Below are positions 10,407 to 14,087 of a DNA stretch of 14,087 nucleotides, one piece after another; the first letter of the stretch is position 1; every line of letters begins with the position of its first letter. The translations under genes and the position numbers were made by a program. Where the stretch lies: positions 116,091-130,177 of the forward strand of contig CAJINV010000026.1 in the NCBI GenBank assembly GCA_905178155.1, written 5' to 3'. This stretch comes from Amoebophrya sp. A120 (lineage: Eukaryota; Protista; Dinoflagellata). Below the pieces are notes generated by a model. That model searched no databases. It saw nothing but the letters and a program-made list of their open reading frames with translations, and was not told the origin of the DNA.

Positions 10407-13400
10407 CTACCAACTCTCCACGCCGGCGGCACCTGGCGCGGCCTCGTCCTATCAAACGTAAAAATGTCTGGGTCTGGAAGGTTGCCAGGTTTGTCATGCA
10501 TATTTCACATGACTCAGGATGTCTGTAATGCATGATCTGGCATCACAAATTTTTAGAGGCCTTCGCCTTCCTGATGCCTCTTGCGCATGACAAATACCCT
10601 CCCTGCGTAGCAAAAACTGGGCTCCTATTGCTGGCCATGCAATACTTTTTTAGAGTCCAAAGTTGGCATCACAAGTTCCAACCTTCCAGACCCAATCATG
10701 TTTACATTTGATACGTCTGCGTCGCTGTTTCTCCTGAGGAAGAACGTCCCCACCCCATAGTCAAGATGGGGATTTTGCAACACAAACCTGCAAATTTTCC
10801 GACTCATGCATTATACGTTGCAGTCCGTAGCGTAATGCAGGCTATAGCAAGGGCAAACGCATCAGAAATCCATCTGCTTATCCTAGCTGCAGCATTACAA
10901 ATGCCAAAACACGACTGAAAGTTCCTCTCATGAAGATGCCCATTAGATTACAAATGTTCCTGGCATTGCAAATCTCCATGACAACTCTGGGGTGGGGACG
11001 TTTTTACAAATGATATCGCTGCTTCCATCTTCTTCTCCCTCTTGGACGAAGGACGACATGTACTTCTTGGTTTTGCTTTTCGTTATCAAATGCAAACATG
11101 TCTTGGTCTGCAAACTTGTAATGCAGGAAAGGGAAAAATAGTGAGCTCAGTGTAAAAATGCGCTGGCCAGCATGACAAGTTTCTCCGTTTTTTCTGAGTT
11201 GCGTACTACTCTGCATGAGAAACTGCGTTTTTGCATGACAAACAAGACGAGCTCTTCGCGGCAACGCAATACAGAGCTCAGAGTCATGCCAGACTATCAT
11301 GACAAGTCATATTCCAGACCGAGACATATTTGCACTTGGTAGTCGCTTTCTTCTCCTTCTTCGGATCTTCTTTTCCTTCCATGAGCGCGGCTTCGTATCA
11401 AAAGCAAAGCTCCCCCCTCCCCATATCAAAGGGGAGCTTCATCTGATGCTGGATTTGCGTACACGAATCGGGTCTGTCTTGCAGCAGAGGACTGCAGGCC
11501 CATGCCAAGCCTAAGCAGGAGGGTTTTGACGTAGGCGCGTAGCATGGCAAATGTGTACTCTGTAGGCCCCATAGCATCACAAACCGCCTGCATACTGCGG
11601 CGGAGTCACTGGACTGGCCTTCTTGCAATACAGAGACTATTTGTGTCCACAAATCAGCATCACAAATTTGCAGAAGTCTCCCTTTTGGCATGGGGAGGGG
11701 GGATTTTTCCTCAAGATACTTCGTTCTTTTTCTCTTCTGCCTTCGCCTTCGCAGCTTTCTCCTTTTCCCTGGCAATATGAACTGCAAAAGTATCGTACTC
11801 GTATAAATGCAATACAAATTTCCTCAGCATGAGAAAGGAAATTTGTAATGCGGATTGACGCTTGTAATGAGTATTAACCTTAAGAAAAGGATTTGTAATG
11901 CATGATTGCAATACGAGTATCAGATACTTTTGCACAGGATAGGCCACCAGTTTCGCCGATTTTCCATGCGCGCCGCCGATCTATCAAATGCAAAAATGTC
12001 TGGGTCTGGAAAAATGCAAGATTTGTGATACAGGTTTTCCACGACCCATGAGGTCTGGAATGCGAGACCCAGCATGATAGATTCTTGGAGGTCTCTATCA
12101 TGCCTTTCCTGCATGAGAAACTCCCTCCCAACTTGGTCAAAAGCGGACAGCTTTCCGTACTCACGCAACACAGATTTTTGCATCATTCAGATTTAGCATG
12201 ACAAGTTCTAATCTTCCAGACCCAGACATTTTTACATTTGATACGATCTCGTCGGGTCCCACGTACTTCCCGGTCCACGCGTCGTAGACCATCTCCTTGC
12301 ATCACACTGAAAAACGCCCCCACGACCCCCAAAGTTGCAATAATTTGTGATGCGACGTTTCCAAATGAAAACTTTTCGTCATGCATGAAAGGACTACGAA
12401 TCTTTCTGATGCAGAGTCTAGGCGTATATAAGTAGCTGCATCGCTTGCATGACAAGCGCCACTCCTCCTAGGATCTTTTGCAATACAAATTTTTGCTATT
12501 TACGATTGAAAATCTGTGATGCTGATAGAGGCAAGAGGGCGAATGTTTCATTTGGAGATATTTGCAATACAAATGCGCCCAAGTTCTGGGGAGGGGGGAT
12601 TTTTCCTTTTGATACCTGGCCCTTCAGATTCTTGTCCGGGGTGTTGTCGGTCATTATGCCGTATCCTGTGCAAAAGTATCTGATACTCGTTTTCTTGCAA
12701 TCATGCATTACAAATCTTTTTCTCGAGGTGCGTCAGCATCACAAATCTTATTTCTCATGCTGGGGACGTTTGTAATGCATTTATACGAGTACAATACTTT
12801 TGCAGTTCATATGCCGATAATCCGCTTCTTGTTCCGCGTAAAAGCCTATCGACTGTAAAAATGTGTGGGTCTGGAAGAATTCATGTTTGTCATGCTTGTC
12901 TGGCATGACTCTTAAATCTGTCATGCACGTTACCCAAGAGCTCCGCTTTGCTGTGTTGCAGAAGCGCAGTTTGTCATGCAGAGTAGGCAACTACACCTAG
13001 GAGCTCAGAAACTTGTCATGCTGAGCCAGCATCTGTAACCTCATCATGAGACGCCACCCAGCGTCACAAGTTTCCAGACCCAGACATAATTTTTACTTTT
13101 GATAAAGCCAGGGTGGTATACTCCAGCCCGTAGTCCGGGTACACGTATGGATTGCAAAAATGTCGGGGTCTGGAAGATTGCAACTTGTCCTGCTAATTCC
13201 GAATAATGCAAAAATCAGCGTTGCATGAGTGCCAAAAGCTGTCCACTTTCGACCAAGTTAGTAGTAGTAGTAGTACCATTTAACTCCTGGCGGGTGGGCG
13301 TTAGAACAGATTTAGCCTCTGCCGATACCTGGGCGTTAGAACAGATTTAGCCTCTGCCGATACCCCTAGGTGGAGACCCGGCCCACGTCCTAACTACCAC

Positions 13401-13755
13401 CCGGCTGCACCTGCAAAACCGCTATCGATTGCTTACGCATGGCTGCCAAGTTGAAAGGAAGTTTCTCATGCAGGATAGGCATGATAAAAGTCTCACAGAA
13501 TCTGTCATGCCATGTCCTACATACCAGACCTCATGGGTCATGGAAAACCGTCATGACAAGTCTGGCACTCTTCCAGACCCAGACATTTTTGCAGTTGATA
13601 ACGCGTCCTGGTGATTGAAGAGACCTTGCATGTCCTTCTCTTTCGTGTGCTTCAGCATCGTGGCAAGATTGAAGCCCCACTTCTTCGCCTGCTCGTAGTT
13701 GAAAGCATAGTCCAGTGACAGCGCATGCGGCAGCGGGTACCCAGTAAAGTGCAGC
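10407..13755 (-). CDS. Multi-exon gene of unknown function, probably the 3' part, with a Lys/Glu-rich C-terminal region; split by 10 introner-like elements
   Basis: Segments 13755-13601, 13145-13105, 12846-12812, 12661-12615, 12299-12244, 11981-11942, 11775-11719, 11395-11342, 11083-11016, 10729-10714 and 10449-10407, joined by dropping one direct-repeat copy each, give LHFTGYPLPHALSLDYAFNYEQAKKWGFNLATMLKHTKEKDMQGLFNHQDVYPDYGLEYTTLAFTRNKKRIIGIMTDNTPDKNLKGQEMVYDAWTGKYVGPDEIGGAHGKSAKLVAREKEKAAKAKAEEKKNEAALMEGKEDPKKEKKATSKTKKYMSSFVQEGEEDGSSDADEAAPGAAGVESW*. A pyrimidine tract and CAG|G acceptor precede 13755. The true start and the last exon are uncertain. Confidence 0.85.
10450..10713. mobile_element. 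Introner-like MITE IE10, family A (264 bp)
   Basis: Ends TATCAAACGTAAAAATGTCTGGGTCTGGAAGGTTG and CAACCTTCCAGACCCAATCATGTTTACATTTGATA; direct repeat CGTCC/CGTCT. Confidence 0.92.
10730..11015. mobile_element. Introner-like MITE IE9, family C (286 bp)
   Basis: Ends TCTCCTGAGGAAGAACGTCCCCACCCCA and TGGGGTGGGGACGTTTTTACAAATGATA; flanks TCGCTGTT/TCGCTGCT (8 bp); similar along its length to 5973-6284. Confidence 0.85.
11084..11341. mobile_element. Introner-like MITE IE8, family A (258 bp)
   Basis: Ends TATCAAATGCAAACATGTCTTGGTCTG and CAGACCGAGACATATTTGCACTTGGTA; degenerate direct repeat TTCGT/GTCGC. Confidence 0.85.
11396..11718. mobile_element. Introner-like MITE IE7, family C (323 bp)
   Basis: Ends TATCAAAAGCAAAGCTCCCCCTCCCCAT and ATGGGGAGGGGGGATTTTTCCTCAAGATA; perfect direct repeat CTTCG/CTTCG. 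Confidence 0.9.
11776..11941. mobile_element. Introner-like MITE IE6, family B (166 bp)
   Basis: Ends TATGAACTGCAAAAGTATCGTACTCGTAT and ATACGAGTATCAGATACTTTTGCACAGGATA; direct repeat GGCAA/GGCCA. Confidence 0.9.
11982..12243. mobile_element. Introner-like MITE IE5, family A (262 bp)
   Basis: Ends TATCAAATGCAAAAATGTCTGGGTCTGGAA and TTCCAGACCCAGACATTTTTACATTTGATA (29/30 match); perfect direct repeat CGATC/CGATC. Confidence 0.95.
12300..12614. mobile_element. Introner-like MITE IE4, family C (315 bp)
   Basis: Ends CATCACACTGAAAAACGCCCCC and GGGGGGATTTTTCCTTTTGATA; direct repeat CCTTG/CCTGG; right end resembles IE7. Confidence 0.85.
12662..12811. mobile_element. Introner-like MITE IE3, family B (150 bp), inverted relative to IE6
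   Basis: Ends TATCCTGTGCAAAAGTATCTGATACTCGT and ATACGAGTACAATACTTTTGCAGTTCATA; perfect direct repeat TGCCG/TGCCG. Confidence 0.92.
12847..13104. mobile_element. Introner-like MITE IE2, family A (258 bp)
   Basis: Ends TATCGACTGTAAAAATGTGTGGGTCTGGAA and TTCCAGACCCAGACATAATTTTTACTTTTGATA; perfect direct repeat AAGCC/AAGCC. Confidence 0.92.
13146..13600. mobile_element. Introner-like MITE IE1, family A, inverted relative to IE5, with a nested insertion
   Basis: Ends TATGGATTGCAAAAATGTCGGGGTCTGGAAG and CTTCCAGACCCAGACATTTTTGCAGTTGATA; direct repeat ACACG/ACGCG; colinear with the reverse complement of 11982-12243 apart from 13260-13452. Confidence 0.92.
13260..13445 (-). mobile_element. Short non-LTR retroposon-like insertion (186 bp) with an (ACT)n tail and 7-bp target-site duplication
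   Basis: CCAAGTT at 13253-13259 and 13446-13452, whereas the uninterrupted paralogue IE5 has one copy; (AGT)5 at 13260-13274; exact internal 35-bp tandem duplication 13295-13329/13330-13364. Confidence 0.72.
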
Positions 13756-14087
13756 CTGATGAAGATGAGAAACAAGAGCATAATAATCAGTATAATATAC
13801 AAGTCGGCAGTTTTTGTCGCCACAGAGCCTCGATCAACGAGAATCGGGAAACCGAGAAAAAGGGAGAGGCTTGCAACCTAGGAAGCCCCGGCCACCTCTC
13901 TGGGCCCCGACGCGATAGGCTATGGGGCCGTAGGCCGGGGCCCCTAGGTGGGCGAGTGAGGCCAAGCAGGCCGAGGCCCCGGGGGCGAAGGAAGGAAGCG
14001 CCAGCGGCCAGGCGCGAAGGGAGGCCATTTGAGAAAGCTGGGGCCCAAATGCGAGAAAGCCAAGGCCGAAACAAAGCGACCGCGACA

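Noticed and set aside
13260-13445. tRNA-derived SINE or RNA gene
   Set aside because: No convincing Pol III A/B boxes or cloverleaf.
10250-13600. CRISPR-like alternation of repeats and 35-55 bp unique spacers
   Set aside because: The repeats are long, inverted, of several families and both orientations; the spacers join into a reading frame; no cas genes are present.
10250-13600. TA-flanked ciliate IES or Tc1/mariner MITEs
   Set aside because: A 5-bp direct repeat lies outside the TA. Excision leaving one TA shifts the frame and runs into stops (e.g. TAA just after IE3), whereas removing the element plus 5 bp keeps it open.
10249-13614. ORF-track ORFs spanning the elements
   Set aside because: They mostly translate element sequence (recurring KNVWVWK and QTQTF from the inverted repeats); only short parts coincide with real exons.
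13756-13823. Hydrophobic N-terminus LYIILIIMLLFLIFI as a signal anchor
   Set aside because: GTG start and an AT/pyrimidine-rich tract ending in CAG|G fit an intron or trans-splice acceptor better; not fully excluded.
13877-13948. Imperfect inverted repeat CCTAGG..GCCCCGGCC / GGCCGGGGC.CCTAGG
   Set aside because: Short, in very GC-rich sequence, lacks the TAT-N7-AAA ends and direct repeats; may be chance or part of an element extending beyond the window.

Overview
Eukaryotic, non-bacterial DNA. 1-5019 is a ~176-bp satellite organised as a 1054-bp six-monomer higher-order repeat that decays at its right edge. 5635-6823 is a degraded minus-strand coding region. ~6998-9690 is a GC-rich repeat block framed by inverted ATAGAGATTCTC subrepeats. 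The main signal is at 10250-13755: a minus-strand gene cut into 16-68 nt exon pieces by 11 MITE-like insertions of three families (~150, ~260, ~290-320 bp). All have inverted ends of the form TAT-N7-AAA and a flanking 5-bp direct repeat (8 bp in one case). Removing each element plus one direct-repeat copy restores one continuous ~190-codon reading frame across 10 junctions. This is the architecture of non-canonical introner elements, which I recall being described in the parasitic dinoflagellate Amoebophrya; the organism assignment is inference. One further intact element and one truncated element lie in the degraded gene, and one element carries a nested retroposon-like insertion.
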